Source of the DNA: Lophium mytilinum | Lineage: Eukaryota | Direction: 5' to 3' | Assembly (NCBI GenBank): GCA_010093605.1 | Contig: MU004183.1 | Span: 1,364,001 to 1,428,000 of the forward strand | DNA length: 64,000 bases | Part shown: positions 36,870 through 48,892 of the stretch, piece by piece | How the letters are laid out: each line of letters begins with the position of its first letter | Numbering within the stretch: the stretch's first letter is position 1 | Notes under the pieces: generated by a model | The model's input: only the letters and a program-made list of their open reading frames with translations | Told to the model about the DNA's origin: nothing | The model's database searches: none | Made by a program: the position numbers and the translations under genes

Positions 36870-39800
36870 ATGAATCGATTTTTCGGGCGTAAGAAAGAGG
36901 AAACTGTCGAGGATGCGTCTGTTAGTAATGTTGCCCCGTCTGGCACAAAGAAGGCGAAGAAATGGAAGAAGGGACAGCCTGAGCCGAAACCCGAACTCGA
37001 CTTGTCCATTGCCCTACCATCAAATGACAACTTCCGCACGAGCTTGCTGATGCCGAATTTATCGGCCCGATTCAGCATGTTGAGAGAACAAGACGATCCA
37101 AACTCGAAACTCGGCAAAGCAAGTGACGACAGTGTGTTACATCCGAAGCGTCAGTCTCGTCTCCACGACTTTGGTTTTGTTCCAGGTGGTCTCTCCGATA
37201 TAGCTGAAACATCATCAATCAACAGTTCCATCCGACCTCCATTTGCCTACGGAAGGCAGGACTCCATCGACGGATATGGCACTGATGACGACTCGCAATC
37301 TGGAAGTGTGATGACGAGGTCGCGCCCGGGCGAAGGTAATGTTCTATTCGGTGGCCGCCAGAAGGTCTACAAGATTGCCAATTCAGGCAATGGATCATCG
37401 AAGAGCCTGGGCAGAGCACTCTACGAAGATGATGTCAGCATGTCTACATTCCAGAAGATCCGTCAACAAGAGCGCGCCGACAAGGAACGGGAAGCTACCG
37501 AGCTAGAGAATGAAGAGAGGCTGTTCGACAGCAGGCAGTCTGAGCCTGAACCAGAACCATCAAGTCCACTCAAAGAGTTCTATTCGCCATCACTTTCTGG
37601 ATACAGTGGCCGACGAGGGACGAACTCATCCGCTGGATCTGGACAGGCACGATCATCTACTGCTGCTACCTCCATCGCTTCGCAAGGTGCCAATTCCGTT
37701 CCCGCTTCATCACCTGCAGTTCCAAATGCACCGTCACTACCCCTAGCGAGTGATCTGAACCGCACTATGACTAAGGGACGGAATCGTTTGTATGATCAAG
37801 GTTTGGATCAGCATATTCACGACCAACAATCATCTGCTATGAGTCGATTGAATTCAATCCAAAAGGAACGTGGACTCGCTACTGGACGCTCAACCCCACC
37901 ATTCCTTTCGCAGGCCAGAAGTGCGAATAATCTGAGCGATCGGTTTGCTCGTCCGGGAGCTCGCGCTGGTAGCCCTACCCAAGCTGGTGCTCTACCTACC
38001 ATCGCATCAGGCGAGCCTGTCCACCCTCCATCGTCCAACTCAAGCCCCGTAATATCCCAACCTCAGTCACCACCAATGAGCCCTTTGGGAAGCGACGAAG
38101 AATTGAATGCGCTGCACTCTGCACTCCAACCGAATGATCGCGGCAAGGCAACTGCTATGGGCGCCTTCAACAAGCCCAAGCAACAGTTTGATGAGCAGCA
38201 ATATGCCCAGCGCCTGAAACAGATGCAGCAGGGCAAGGAAACACCAGCGCCAACGCCAAGGAACGACAGGCCAGGGAAACCATCTCTGCGAGAGCGCGCC
38301 GAGATAGAAGCGCGTAAGAGAGCCGAGGCTGGTGTTTCGGATCGCTCGCGATCAGATTCAGCTGTAAAGAGAGAAGCACCCTCGCCATTAAATGACGACG
38401 TTTCGGAGCGCCTGGGGTCAGATTCGAACGTTAAAAAAGAGGCACCATCGCCCTTCTCAGTGTTCCAGAAAGCTGCCAACCAGATGAGGGTTGCACCTTC
38501 ACCAGCCTCTCCACAGCGGCCGGCGCCACAGCCGCCAGCTTCGGAGCCACACACCACTTTCTTCGCCTCTCCTGGTGACAGTAGCGACGAAGACCTTCCT
38601 AAAGCTCGTCCTGTGAAGTCGTCAGATCTCGATCGACGGCTCGAAGGCCTTCAGCGACCTTCACCAGTTGCCAGCCGAACCGCTCCACCCATTCTTGAAC
38701 ATCCTGCTCTCCGATCACGCAACAACTCGAGACCAGAGAAGCCACAACTCGAGCAACGCCCCGATGAGCGACGCATTAACGATTCGAGTCGTCAAGTCGA
38801 CAACGCTGCAAAACGCACATCTGCCGGTACCATTGTCAAAGGTGACAACGAAATTGACTCCCCGACTCTCGGTGACGATAACACAGGCCTGAGCGGACTT
38901 GTCAGGCAGCATCTCCGAAAGCCTAGCTCAGTCTCCTCAGTATATGGAGATGATAAGCCACCAGCACCAGAGCCTCTGTCTCTGCGCACTCAAGACGGAG
39001 CTATCCGGCGTGGACACCCTCCGTCCGAATCTGATACCCCTGCGCATTCCAGCTACAGCCACTCCAACCCTTGGGATTTGGAAGACCTAGACCGGAGCTC
39101 GCACTACGGTGAGGGTGATAGTATCAGCTCCACTAGTCCAGTCGATCCTTATCGGCCAAAGGTTCAGCCAGCGTACGGTGGATCTCAGCCGGCCAATGGC
39201 AACTTGCGTGACCGAAGTGGCTCCCAGGATACCGATACTCCTCAGTGGGAACAAGAACTAAGGAAGACGCATGCACGTGGAGGCAGTACCGAGACTCAGC
39301 ATGAACGGGAAGCATTCCAGAACGAACTGGCGCAGCGTCAGCGGGCGATCCAAGAGAGGCTTCGTAACGGAGTAAGCTCGAATGACAGAAGCCGATCCCA
39401 GAGCCCTGCTGCAAGTGGTCTGAAGAACGCTCTGGGGATGCTTCGTTCCAAGACCAGCCGCGACTCCATGGCAGTCAACAACAACAATCCGCCGAAGCCT
39501 GAGCCTACGCAGACAAAGGCCATGAGGATGCTGGGAATCGGTGCCTCGTCAGCCAGCGCCAGCAGTACATCTTTAGCCGGATCCGAGAACAAGTTCTATG
39601 GAAGCGACCATTGGAGATCTGAAGACAGTCAAGTCGGTCACCAGGGAGCGCGGCCGAAGCCATCACGGATTCCACAGCAGAGCGAGCAGGACGCTCGGCG
39701 AGAATTGGAACAACGACTCCAACGTGGCGCCAGTGAGGACAATAGTCGTGATCCCAGATCCACCAAGGGTCGCTCACCGCCAGCATCGAGCAGGAGCTCT

Positions 39801-40757
39801 ACGCGGAACCGGTCAAGCTCGGAGCTTTCGCAAGGCCGATCAAGGAGTCGAACTGGACGGTACCGGGATGACCTCGACAAGGCCATGGCTGAAGGCACTG
39901 GTAATGCCAATGGCTATCCTGGCGTGTCCCCATCCATTCCCCAGCACGTTCAGGGGAGCTCGTCACGTCAGCACTCACCTGAGACTCCACCAGAGGTTGT
40001 TGCACAAGGAAGGATGCGAAGCAACAGCAGAACCGCAGCTGCTGCTTACTTTGACCAGAAGTCTCTGCATCCCATTCACACCGCTCACAGTCCAATGATG
40101 GGATCGTCCCCTCGCCTTTCTCCGGCAGCCAATAGCCCGGCCATGGGAGTGTCCCCTGGATTGCCGTTGTCTCCTCGCCCCTCTCCAGGAATCAGCCCGG
40201 GGATTGCTTCGATTCGTCCTAACCCTTTACCGGTTGCCCCGTTCTCGGCCAATTCAACACCTCCAATCTCGGCGGCGACGACCCCTGTGGCTTCGTCTTT
40301 TAGCTCAAATATCGCCACTAGCAGAGGTACGATGCGTAAGAAGTCAATCAACAAGTCGGACATCTCGGAGCCAGTGTTCATTTCTGCTACGTCGGTCATG
40401 GATACAGTCGATCTTCCTGCTGGAGCTTCCCTCAGGAATGGCGTTGAGTCTCCCCCACCTGTTCCTCCAATCAATCCTCGACGCCGATTCGGTTTTGGCC
40501 GTACCGGTACCAGCGAGAGCAGCGATGGGGCGGTGCAGCCTCCACGTGCTCCTTTCGCAGAGCCGATGCGGACCAACTCTGCCGACGAGCTTGACCAGCA
40601 GGCGCGACCCAAGGGCCACAGGCTGCGCAAGTCATCAAGCGAAGGCCGCAGTCTCTACACGAAGACCCAAGCACCTCCAGTTGCCAGCCCGGCATTCCCG
40701 CCAGCTGGACTCAACGGATCGCCACCACGTCCTATCGCAGATGGTTCGATGTTCTAA
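36870..40757 (+). CDS. Large (about 1295 aa) Ser/Pro/Arg-rich, largely disordered fungal protein
   Basis: Long open frame. Likely start AAAATG at 36870, after 5'UTR introns 36473-36579 and 36754-36863. Conserved-looking block ALPSNDNFRTSLLMPNLSARFSMLREQDDPNSKLGKASDDSV and CRIB-like DISEPVFIS. Confidence 0.85.
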   Translation: MNRFFGRKKEETVEDASVSNVAPSGTKKAKKWKKGQPEPKPELDLSIALPSNDNFRTSLLMPNLSARFSMLREQDDPNSKLGKASDDSVLHPKRQSRLHDFGFVPGGLSDIAETSSINSSIRPPFAYGRQDSIDGYGTDDDSQSGSVMTRSRPGEGNVLFGGRQKVYKIANSGNGSSKSLGRALYEDDVSMSTFQKIRQQERADKEREATELENEERLFDSRQSEPEPEPSSPLKEFYSPSLSGYSGRRGTNSSAGSGQARSSTAATSIASQGANSVPASSPAVPNAPSLPLASDLNRTMTKGRNRLYDQGLDQHIHDQQSSAMSRLNSIQKERGLATGRSTPPFLSQARSANNLSDRFARPGARAGSPTQAGALPTIASGEPVHPPSSNSSPVISQPQSPPMSPLGSDEELNALHSALQPNDRGKATAMGAFNKPKQQFDEQQYAQRLKQMQQGKETPAPTPRNDRPGKPSLRERAEIEARKRAEAGVSDRSRSDSAVKREAPSPLNDDVSERLGSDSNVKKEAPSPFSVFQKAANQMRVAPSPASPQRPAPQPPASEPHTTFFASPGDSSDEDLPKARPVKSSDLDRRLEGLQRPSPVASRTAPPILEHPALRSRNNSRPEKPQLEQRPDERRINDSSRQVDNAAKRTSAGTIVKGDNEIDSPTLGDDNTGLSGLVRQHLRKPSSVSSVYGDDKPPAPEPLSLRTQDGAIRRGHPPSESDTPAHSSYSHSNPWDLEDLDRSSHYGEGDSISSTSPVDPYRPKVQPAYGGSQPANGNLRDRSGSQDTDTPQWEQELRKTHARGGSTETQHEREAFQNELAQRQRAIQERLRNGVSSNDRSRSQSPAASGLKNALGMLRSKTSRDSMAVNNNNPPKPEPTQTKAMRMLGIGASSASASSTSLAGSENKFYGSDHWRSEDSQVGHQGARPKPSRIPQQSEQDARRELEQRLQRGASEDNSRDPRSTKGRSPPASSRSSTRNRSSSELSQGRSRSRTGRYRDDLDKAMAEGTGNANGYPGVSPSIPQHVQGSSSRQHSPETPPEVVAQGRMRSNSRTAAAAYFDQKSLHPIHTAHSPMMGSSPRLSPAANSPAMGVSPGLPLSPRPSPGISPGIASIRPNPLPVAPFSANSTPPISAATTPVASSFSSNIATSRGTMRKKSINKSDISEPVFISATSVMDTVDLPAGASLRNGVESPPPVPPINPRRRFGFGRTGTSESSDGAVQPPRAPFAEPMRTNSADELDQQARPKGHRLRKSSSEGRSLYTKTQAPPVASPAFPPAGLNGSPPRPIADGSMF

Positions 40758-43067
40758 GATCAGCAACAAGCAGTTTTCTTTTAACATTCTCTTCCTGTTA
40801 CATATGTTAAGAGATTAAATCTTCCGTTTCTCCCCCAACAGACAGAGGACGGCACAAACACATACGTGTCACTTTCTTAGTGGGACCGGGAATTTTAGTT
40901 TCAGTTTTTCGGAATCCGGATTTGTCTGGCGCAGTGTGCGGGCAAAAAAGCGACTTATACAAGCTCTGCACGATTTCAGTTCTTCTTCTTCTCTTTCTTC
41001 ACGGCTTGTGTGATTCAGCAATTTTCTTTCTTCTCTCGGCCTCTGCATACTGCACGATACCTAGTCAGATTCGAGTATTGCGTTATGTGTTTCTCTTTCT
41101 TTCTTTTTTCTTTCTCAACGGCAGCATACCCGGTAGCTGGGACGTATACTCGACAGCAGAATTGCAGTCTACGTAACACTACCCTTTTCTTCTTTTCGAC
41201 AATTACAACTAGGGCAAACGGGCAACTTTTTTCACCAAGAAACGGAGCAAGGCGGGCGGGTAAGGGACTCCCTTTTTTTCCACACTTTTTCTTTCCTCTT
41301 GGGCAACGGGCCGACAAAATGGCTGGGCGATTTTGGGGCGGCTGGCTACGGGAATGGCGGTTGGTAGACACACAATTGGCGCACGCACCTGGCATATAGC
41401 GGGTTCTGTATGTTAAACGCAGATGCTGGAATATTTTGGGAACGCCGGCCCGGGGTTATGGAGGAGAGAGATGGGGTCTGGCTAGAGAGAATGATGGATG
41501 GCTGTACTATGGTAAAGCTAGTCTGTAAATCGTAACTTGTAAAACGAGCATGAGATTGTCTTTCTCTTTTGCCGAAACCATGTGAATTGATGAGCGTGAA
41601 TTAGACGTTTACGGTGAGATTTCATTTTCATGCGTCTTGTCTCTGAAGCTGGGGTGAAATATCGATAAATAGGCTTCGGTGGTGAGACGGCTGCGCAGTG
41701 ACGAGTCGGTTTTGGTGGGAAGGTGATACATTTTCTTTTCTGCCCTCGACTCCACTGGGATGGATAATGCAGGTGATAAGTCACATGTCTCTCCCCCGTC
41801 TCTTCAGCTCCGCAGCCCATCTTGCACTCCCAGCTTGACCCCTGCGGGCTCTCTCACGCTTTCTTCCACCACGAATACCACCACGCTTCCCACCGCACGC
41901 GCGCGTCACGCGCCGTGCTACCACCACGACCCTCCGAAGCGTCCCCCTCACAGCCGTAGGCTAGGCAGAGCTCAACACCCAACATGCACTTTCCTCACCA
42001 GCACAGACCACCCGCCGCAACGCCCTCGGTACCGCCTTCTCGTGCGCTCGTAAAGCGCAAGCCATCGGAGGAAAAGCGTGCATGCAGCCCCTGATCGACG
42101 GCCGCATCGCAGCGAATCGAGGCCCCGGGGCGCGGGGCCCGCCTTTTCCGCTTTCGGGGGGTGGGGGCCGTGCGCTATGCCTGGGCTGAGCCGGGGGATG
42201 TGCACCCACCCCATTTGAGATCGTGATTGGTGGGTGCGCGGTGAATTGACGACCGGGCTTGTGGAGGCGTCGTCGAGTAGGAGGAGGGAGTGGAGGAGGT
42301 TTGTGATTTCATTTTCTTTGTTACGGGTCGTGGTTTTTGGTGGGAAGGCCCCTGGGATCGGGAGTATATACTTGGGATGGCCCTGCTGGAGGGTTGGAAT
42401 CTATTTCCGAAACTACCTATATTTACGACGTTTGTATCTACAGTACCCTCTTTTTGATATCTGTTGCGATTGTTGCGAGAAGTGCTGCTTTATGTATGTG
42501 TTTATTTACTACTTTACTCTTCTCTGGTTCTTGGGGTGAAGGATGGAGGGTTCGTTTGGATCGTAACTTTGTCTTCCTCGTTCCGCTTCATGCATCTCAG
42601 CCAACCGCTCTGTGCACCTCCATATGCACGTCGGCACGCCTTTTCTCTTCCCATGCACCCCATACCCACCTGCCACGGCTTCCCAAGACGCGCTGCTGTC
42701 CACTCTCAGCCGGCAGCACCCCAGCTCCGCATCCCAATTGAACCAAATCAATTGCCGGTGATCGCGTCTGGGTTCAGCTGGAGCTGGCTATGCATTTCCC
42801 GCGTTCTTCTTTTTCTCTTCAGATCACATTTCAAAAAGCCGGTGGATCCTTCCTCCCTGCCGTGTCTTCTCGTTTTCGTCTCATCCTGCTTCTGTTTCTT
42901 TCCAGCTGCTCGGATACGTCGCGACACTGCATATAACAGAGAATCATCCCTTACATTTTGCGGAACACTTACTCTTTGATAGCTGTCTCTGCCATCTACC
43001 TCGACCTCGAATCTACGTCTCAATCTCTCTTTCTTGGATAAAAAGGATATATTTCAAACCCGCAAAA

Positions 43068-43799
43068 ATGAAGTTCACCACCATCCTCGCGCTCCTCGCT
43101 GCCACTACCTCTGTCGTTGCGGTCGACTACAGCGCCATCCCGAATTGCGCTGTGAGTAGTTCATCCCTCAAGTTTCAGGAATCAGAAATCGCTTCTACTC
43201 CTTGCTCCAATCAGCATCTTGCAGCTCTAATCCCTCAACTCATCCACTCCTCGAAACAAGACTAACGCCCAAACCAGCTCACCTGCATCGTCTCCGCCAT
43301 CTCAAAGGCCGGCTGCAGCACCACCGACTTCCAGTGCCAATGCGTCACCAAAACCAACGAGATCACGACCAACGCTTCCCCGTGTATTGCGGGGGCATGC
43401 AGCAAGGACGACCAGGCTAGTACGTGAACCTCTTTCCCCATCCTCATATACACTTGTTAAGCGAGCATTATTCCAAACGCTACACTAAACGTCCTCGCTA
43501 TCGCCGACGTCGCTGCCGAAGCAAAAGTTGCAAAATACACACTAACTTTTTCCACAGAGGTCCAACCTGCGGTTGCTGGTATCTGCGCCGCCGCGCTAAG
43601 CTCCTCTGTCTCCCTCCCCACTGCGTCCAGCTCCGCTGCGTCTGGGTCCGCGAAATCGGCTACCGTCACTTCTTCTCCTACGGGGTCCGCTTCGAAGAGC
43701 GCGTCTGCGGCTGCTGCGACGAGTACTGGCGCGGCTGCTGATGTGCGTGGGTATGGCGCGGCTGTGTTGGGGTTCGCTGCGTTTGCTATGGCGATTTAG
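43068..43799 (+). CDS. CFEM-domain GPI-anchored cell-surface protein
   Basis: Signal peptide. Eight-Cys pattern IPNCALTC..GCSTTDFQCQC..PCIAGACS..IC across introns 43152-43277 and 43420-43557. Ser/Thr/Ala stalk and hydrophobic GPI tail. Confidence 0.9.
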
Positions 43800-44126
43800 A
43801 GGGGTATTCGGTGAGGCGGTCTTGACGTCGCCTTCAAGTTGGACTGGCTATGAACGCAGCTTTTGGCGAGAAAAAAATTGACGTTTGGATAGAGCAGTTT
43901 CGTATAATTTTTGTAATCCAGCGTTTGAGGCGTTGATATTCCGTTCGAGTTGGAGTGTGGTGTTGGAAGGGATGTACGAACTTTGGTTTGGCGGGCCTTG
44001 GGCCGACTAGGTTGGATTCAAATGGATTCATTTGTCGTCCAGTTTACCAGAACGATTTGTGTAGCTGCTCTGGGCTCTTTCTGGTATTTCTTTCGCTCGC
44101 GACGGAGGGAGTTATTCGTTCATCCG

Positions 44127-45299
44127 TCACTCCACCCCCTCAAAATTTCCCCTCCACTTCCCTGCCCACGCGCTGAATTCGTCTTCCTTTCCGTCCCAAC
44201 TTTTCTCCACGATCTGTATCGCCTTGACGGCATCCCCGCACACCTTCTCCAGTAACTTCCCCGCCTCTTCAGCATCGAGATCGTAGAACGCAGAGGCAAG
44301 CTCATCCACAGTCTCCGGTATCCCCTTCAACAGCGCCATGAGCTGGTCCAGAGTTTGCATATTGCTCTTCTCCACCACCTCCACCTCCCCCTCTTTCGAT
44401 GCTTTTGAAGCCGACGTAGGCGCTGTCACCGGAAACGTCCTCAACCTCCTCTTAACAAGCGCCTGATACACCACCCCCACCATCCTCAACTTCTTCACAC
44501 TCCTCTCCAACAGCCTCCTCATCTCACTATCCCCCTTCCCAAGCTTATTTCCCGCACCGAAGAGATCGTCCTCGTCCCCATCGCTCCCTACCCCCTCCTC
44601 CTCCTCATCATCATCTTCTTCTTCACCCCACTCTTTCAGCTCATTCACAGCATCCACCAACACCCCCCTCCACTCCTGCGCCTTCCGCACCACCGTCCCC
44701 ACAACCCCATCCGCAACAACCACCTCAACCGCCTCGCAGCACTCCCACACCACCCCTGTCGCCGCGAGCACGGCCGCGCGATCCGCTTCCGCAACCCCCT
44801 TGTCTACTTTCCCGCTCTTCCGGTCGGTGGCGTCGGTGGTGCCGTGCTGCACGCGCTCCGCGACCCGTCCCACGAGCGCGAGCAGTTCGGACCATGCGTT
44901 TAGCACGCGCCGCACGGCGAGGCGGGCGGCGCTGTGGACGGTGTCGCCCAGTTCCTCGGTAGAGGTAGGTGTCGGGGTCAGGCAGGCGACCATGGTGAGG
45001 AGGATGTCGGTTGTGGTTGTGATTTTGGGGTAGAGGGCGGAGGGGGTGAGCGGGGGGGTGAGGAGGAGGAGGGATAGGGTTGTTGTGTTGGCGCGGAGGA
45101 GGGCGGTTGTGGATTTCAGGGTTTCTAGTATCGGTGGAGGGGTGGTTTCGGAGGTGGTGGCATCTTGGGACGGGGTGGTGGAGGTTGAGGTGGCGTTTGG
45201 GGTTGTGAGGGAGGATTGGAGATGCGTGAGGAGGGTGCGGGTTGTGTGGGTGAGGTCGATGAGGGAGGCGGCTGTTGTTGGGGTGGTTTTTGGTGGCAT
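44127..45299 (-). CDS. GCIP/CCNDBP1-like (Grap2 and cyclin-D-interacting) helical protein
   Basis: TTTLSLLLLTPP, ATGVVWECC, LVDAVNELKEW followed by an acidic tract, and VDELASAFY. Single exon. Confidence 0.75.
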   Translation of the reverse strand: MPPKTTPTTAASLIDLTHTTRTLLTHLQSSLTTPNATSTSTTPSQDATTSETTPPPILETLKSTTALLRANTTTLSLLLLTPPLTPSALYPKITTTTDILLTMVACLTPTPTSTEELGDTVHSAARLAVRRVLNAWSELLALVGRVAERVQHGTTDATDRKSGKVDKGVAEADRAAVLAATGVVWECCEAVEVVVADGVVGTVVRKAQEWRGVLVDAVNELKEWGEEEDDDEEEEGVGSDGDEDDLFGAGNKLGKGDSEMRRLLERSVKKLRMVGVVYQALVKRRLRTFPVTAPTSASKASKEGEVEVVEKSNMQTLDQLMALLKGIPETVDELASAFYDLDAEEAGKLLEKVCGDAVKAIQIVEKSWDGKEDEFSAWAGKWRGNFEGVE

Positions 45300-45674
45300 T
45301 GTTGCGGTTTTTGGAGGGTTTTATGAGGTGGGTTTTGGGTTGGGAGGTTAGACAGGTTTATAGAAGATGATGCCTTGTGTCGAGTCAGGACGAAAATATA
45401 TATTTTGTAACCCCGCGGTGGGGTTAAGCTATGCTGCTCTTGGACACTTGCGCCGGTTCCTACGTATATGTAGATTAATCAAGCATATAAAGATCTAGTA
45501 GAGCGTTCAGACGACGAGACAACTCCTATTCATCAAAGATTAGAAAGTATACTTTGAGTCCACTTCTATAAAGGCATTGACAGATCTAGGTCACGTGGAT
45601 CTCGTCTGCAATATTCTAACATCACTGTCTCAATCAATCTCTCCAACATCAAACACCTCCCCGACGCACAACTA

Positions 45675-47224
45675 ATGCCCCCAAAAGGCTGGCGCAAAGC
45701 CGCCCACGACCCCGTCGCTACCCAAACCCTCGTCCTCGACAACGGCGCCTGCACTCTCAAAGCCGGCTTCGCATCCGCCGCCGCTGCCCCTTCCTACGAC
45801 GACTGCAGGATAATCCCGAATTGCATCGCGAAAGGCCGCGACAAGCGCGTCTACATCGCGTCCGATCTCGAAAAATGCACAAACTTTGGCGAGATGGCGT
45901 TTCGGCGGCCAGTGGAGCGCGGATTCATTGTGAATTGGGAGGCGGAGAAAGCGATCTGGGAACATGAGTTTTTAGAGGGAAAGGGAGGCTTGGGGGTATG
46001 ATGATTCTACTCGGAATGGAAAGAATACGGGCTGATGGTCTGGCGTAGTGCGATCCGAAAGAAACGAATCTGGTGCTTGCAGAGGCGCCGAACTGCCCGG
46101 TGCAGCTACAGAAGAACTGCGATGAGATGGTTTTTGAGGAGTTTGAGTTTGCGACGTATTATAGGAGTATAGGTAGGGTACCCCCATCTGCAGAGGTATT
46201 CCGTCTTTGGGGTATTAGGAGACTAATAAGACTACAGGTCCAGCTTTAAACGCATACAACGACCTCCCCTTCTCCGCCTCGGATTCTCCAGAGACCTCCC
46301 TCCTACCCCCAGAATGTCTCCTCCTAATCGACACCTCCTACTCCCACACTACTATCACGCCCCTCTATAATGGCCGTCCCATCCACTCGGCCATCCGCCG
46401 CATGTCCGTCGGCGGGAAGCTTCTCACAAACTACCTCAAAGAACTCTCCTCTACCCGCCACATCAACATGCTCGATGAGACCTACCTCCTCAACGAGATC
46501 AAAGAAGCCGTCTCCTTCGTCTCGCCCTCTTTCAAGACGGACCTCGAGCGCACATGGAAAGGCGGGCTCTCAGACCGCCGCGAAGTTGATCCTTCAATCG
46601 TACTCGACTACGTCTTGCCGAACTATGAGCATAGCGCCCATGGCTTCGCAAGACCGCACGATCCGATCAAAGCGCGCCGCAAACTACTTCAGCCACTCGA
46701 TGGGCCCCGTGAGGATATCCTTCCCGTAGGCAACGAGCGCTTTGCGGTTCCGGAGCTGCTATTTACACCGACGGATATCGGCCTGCAGGAGGCTGGGTTG
46801 CCAGAAGCTATAATGCAGAGCTTATCAGTTCTCCCAGCTGCGCTACAGGCGGGGATGTTAGCGAATATGGTAGTTGTGGGGGGCAATTCGCTGATCAAAG
46901 GGTTTATGGAGAGGCTGTAAGTGCCCATTTCGGTTAACTTCAACTCCCTCTATGCTCCTGTTGCGCGGCGTTGGTGATTCTTCAGATGTTGAAAGGACTG
47001 ACGGGATGTTACTTAGTGAAACCGACCTCCGCCAACTCACCCCCTCCAACATCCCCCTCCGCATCGCCCGCGCCCCAGATCCTATCAAACACACCTGGCT
47101 CGGTGGCGCGCGGCTGGCCCACGACCGTGACATTCTCCGCAGTGTCGTCGTTACACGGGCGCAGTACCAGGAGCGTGGCTCGACATGGTTGGGGAAGTGG
47201 TTCGCCGGGGGCGACGCCAAGTGA
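45675..47224 (+). CDS. ARP6: Actin-related protein 6 (SWR1 complex)
   Basis: LVLDNGACTLKAG, FRRPVERGFIVNW, VGGKLLTNYLKE, ERFAVPELLFTP, TWLGGA and VTRAQYQERG. Three introns. Confidence 0.9.
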
Positions 47225-47387
47225 TTCCCACATTGGTAGGTTTGAATAGTTATATACCCCTTTCTGTCTCGAGGTCGATCATTGGCACGTTGTGATTTTC
47301 AATGTTATCAAGATTATGATGGCGTGGGCGTCTGAATTGGACAAGGGGCAAAAGGTGAGATTTTGAGGTTGTGAGATAGAGGTAATG

Positions 47388-47646
47388 ACAGTGTGTTGAG
47401 AAGCATAAACGGGAGGCAGTCCGTGCGATTTGAACTCGTTTTTGGTGTATTATTGCGCAACACCGTGAATCGGACCATGGGACGGACAATCTAAGTTAAG
47501 ATGGAGGAAAAAGGTAAATTACAGGGTGTTGAGAAGCATAAACGGGAGCCAGTCCGTGCGATCTGAAGTCGTTTTTGGTGTGCTATTGCGCAACACCGTG
47601 AAGCAGACCGTGTGGGACGGACACTGTAAATTGAGTTAGAGGAAAA
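47388..47646. repeat. Two-copy 133-bp tandem duplication with hairpin potential
   Basis: gtgttgagaagcataaacggga.cagtccgtgcgat..ttgcgcaacaccgtgaa..gggacggaca occurs at 47393 and 47526. Confidence 0.9.
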
Positions 47647-47954
47647 TGCATATCAATTGTCCCGCCCGGTGCGACGACAAAAAGGCTTTAGATCAGGAGT
47701 ATCAAGAGCTGGAGAAAGAGCTGTGGGACGCTTTGGGGAGAGGTGCAAATGGTGATGCCATGAGCTTCTTTGTAGTCGTTTTGGTAGAGGCTTCTGACAA
47801 AACACCCTACTCTCTCGGCGGAAGTGTCTCAGCAACATATTCCCATCCTCTTGACGGCGACGCCAATATCCACCCTCGTGTTTTTACTTGCAAGTTTAAC
47901 TACACTACATACACTCTATACATACCTTCATACTCCTCCACCCCCTCTGCACCC

Positions 47955-48552
47955 TGCGTCTACTGAGTCTACTGAGTTCTCTTCTACACGGTTGATTTTG
48001 TAAGAGCTTGTAACTGACAACTCCTATTTCATTACTAGGGCGCTTCCGCAGGTGTAAAGCTTCGTAAACTCTCTCTTATGTTTGACCTAATTTAGCCTAG
48101 TTAGTTCTATATTGATAAGTAACTACGCCACGTCTAGCAAGTTTTAGTTAACACGGTTGATCCTGTAAAGACTTGTAACCAGCAACCCTAATCAGCTCGT
48201 TGGAGCACTTTCTGCGGATGTAGAGCTTCGTAGCCTTCCTCTTGCCATCGACTTGATTTAGGCTGGATGGTTCTGTGGTGAGAAGTAACTACGTCGCCTA
48301 TCCTATGCGTGCACGCCGCGTCTTACGTTTTTCCTATCACGCGGTCAATTCTGTAAAAACCTATAACTGATAGTTTCTCTTTCTTTACCAGGGCGCTTCT
48401 ACGGTTTTGGAGCTTCGTAATCTTCCTTCTCCCGTTGGCTCAGTTTCGGCTGGTTGCTTCTGTAATAAAAAGTAACCACGCCGCCTACTCTCTGGGTGAA
48501 CGCCACGTCTAACATTTTCTTTTAGACGGTTGATTTTGTGATAACTTGTAAC
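47955..48552. repeat. Degenerate array C: 3+ units of about 165-188 bp, same family as arrays A and B
   Basis: Core acacggttgattttgtaagagcttgtaac, with anchors at 47989, 48154, 48342 and 48527. Units also share gggcgcttc, agcttcgta and aagtaactacg. Confidence 0.85.
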
Positions 48553-48892
48553 ATATCTGCCTAGCATGTGCACGGAGTTGCCTCAGCTTGTAGCTTAAGA
48601 ATTTTAGAAGCAGAGGGCAGATATAGGACCTGTTGCTTTCGTGACAAGAAGTGACTACGAGACGTGCATGTGATGTCGGTCCATGTCTAACAAGAATAGT
48701 TGCACGTAATTGGACCTATCAGACTTTATTGCAAAGGGGCCTCGTCTTCACCGTTTCATTACTCATAGAGGTACACGAGTACACCAGCATTATTACCTAC
48801 ATAATTGACCAACCGCTAGCCGTATTCATGATCATTCAATCCATAACCTCTACCGGCGGCCACTTCCCTCGTGCTGCTAGGACTCCCAAGTC

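Noticed and set aside
47646..47966. 106-aa ORF between the 133-bp duplication and array C
   Set aside because: Runs into low-complexity and repeat DNA and no family is recognised.
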